A stretch of DNA of 5,489 nucleotides from Candidatus Hermodarchaeota archaeon (GTDB lineage Archaea > Asgardarchaeota > Heimdallarchaeia > Hodarchaeales > Hodarchaeaceae): NCBI GenBank assembly GCA_048886185.1, contig JBHLKY010000063.1, forward strand, positions 1-5,489, read 5' to 3'. The position numbers and the translations under genes are program-made. The notes beneath the pieces are model-generated. The model made no database searches and was not told the DNA's origin. It saw only the letters and a list, made by a program, of their open reading frames with translations. Positions 4,682 to 5,489 of this stretch are shown piece by piece (position 1 is the stretch's first letter; every line of letters starts with the position of its first letter).

Positions 4682-5257
4682 ATGGTTAATCCTGAACATT
4701 TAGCCCGAATAACTGGATCTCCTGTAAAATTAGTGCTTTGTGGTTTGGATTTTGCTGGAAAGACTGCTCTTATTTACCGTTGGAAAACGGGTAAATTTAA
4801 TCCAGATCTAAGTCCTACTCTATCACCTACTCTAGAAAGTGTTTCAATAAGAGGAGGATTAGTTTATGCTACTGTATTTGACTTGGGAGGGCAAAGAAAG
4901 TTACGAAAGCAATGGAAAGCATATCTTGAAAGAGGGAATGCTGTTATTTTTGTCATAGATGCGCATGATAAAGAAAGGTACTTTGAGATGAGAGATGAAT
5001 TTAATAATCGAGTTCTCCCAGAATTAGGGGAGAAACCCTGCGCAATTATTTGTAATAAACTAGATTTGATCTATAAACAGAGTCAAAAACAATCAATCAA
5101 TGAATTAATTATCGAAGTTGAGGAGACCATCCAAAAATTACTGCAATTATCCATAAAAAAGGAGGATCTTGGGCAGTTTGATGTGATAGCTACTTCAATG
5201 GTTAATGGGCTAGGATTAAAAAAGGTTGCTCAATTTTTACGTTTAAGATTAGCATAG
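4682..5257 (+). CDS. Arf/Sar1-family (Arf-related) small GTPase
   Basis: G1 GLDFAGKT (4742-4765; the Arf signature is GLDxAGKT), G2 PT, G3 DLGGQ (4880-4894) followed by RKQWKAY (Arf1 RPLWRHY), VIDAHDKERYFEMRDEF (Arf1 VVDSNDRERVNEAREEL), G4 NKLD (5054-5065), G5 TSM (5192-5200). Starts 13 nt after the regulator stop; alternative start TTG 4676; stop TAG 5255-5257. Confidence 0.93.
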   Translation: MVNPEHLARITGSPVKLVLCGLDFAGKTALIYRWKTGKFNPDLSPTLSPTLESVSIRGGLVYATVFDLGGQRKLRKQWKAYLERGNAVIFVIDAHDKERYFEMRDEFNNRVLPELGEKPCAIICNKLDLIYKQSQKQSINELIIEVEETIQKLLQLSIKKEDLGQFDVIATSMVNGLGLKKVAQFLRLRLA

Positions 5258-5297
5258 TGTATTTCATAATAAATGATCTATGAACAGTAAATTTGAT

Positions 5298-5303
5298 GAG
5301 GAG
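5298..5303 (+). promoter_or_regulatory. Shine-Dalgarno GAGGAG for the tautomerase gene
   Basis: GAGGAG lies 7 nt upstream of ATG 5311. Confidence 0.8.
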
Positions 5304-5310
5304 ATGTAAT

Positions 5311-5489
5311 ATGCCAGTCATCCATGTCCATATTTGGAAAGGAATCTCTGAAGAGAGAATTAAGGAAATAATTGAAGGTATTACGAATGTATTTGTAAAA
5401 ATAGGAATTCCCTATCAAGCAGTAGAAGTCATTATTCACGAAATCCCTAAAGCTCATTGGGGTATTGACGGAAAACCCGCAACAGAGTC
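5311..5489 (+). CDS. 4-oxalocrotonate tautomerase family protein; stop codon lies outside the window
   Basis: Not in the ORF track. Translates as MPVIHVHIWKGISEERIKEIIEGITNVFVKIGIPYQAVEVIIHEIPKAHWGIDGKPATE(S). It has Pro-1 after Met removal, a beta-alpha-beta layout, the V.ViI.E...hWGi.G motif and a strong SD. Confidence 0.93.
   Translation, partial: MPVIHVHIWKGISEERIKEIIEGITNVFVKIGIPYQAVEVIIHEIPKAHWGIDGKPATE

Noticed and set aside
5263-5309. TTCATA-N10-TATGAA inverted repeat and 9-aa mini-ORF MNSKFDEEM (5280-5309)
   Set aside because: The 6-bp AT-rich arms are chance-level, and the mini-ORF simply spans the tautomerase SD sequence.

Overview
Low-GC, intron-free, operon-like prokaryotic window, most likely from an Asgard archaeon (inferred from gene content, not proven). 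Left to right: (i) a secreted FG-GAP/integrin-alpha-type Ca2+-binding beta-propeller gene on the minus strand, missing from the ORF track because it runs off the left edge, built from 204-bp (68-aa) tandem repeats; (ii) a ~570-bp very AT-rich spacer; (iii) a minus-strand 316-aa protein whose N-terminal domain looks like a uDENN/NPRL2-type longin fold with an Arg where eukaryotic longin GAPs carry their arginine finger; (iv) a divergent control region containing a 32-bp two-tier palindrome and a nested hairpin; (v) a plus-strand run of a TrmB-like regulator with a duplicated winged-HTH and a PLD-like sensor domain, an Arf/Sar1-like small GTPase, and a 4-oxalocrotonate-tautomerase-family gene running off the right edge. 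The main candidate for an undescribed system is the divergent module: longin GAP-like protein, ligand-sensing double-wHTH regulator and Arf-like GTPase. All domain calls come from manual motif recognition; no searches were run.
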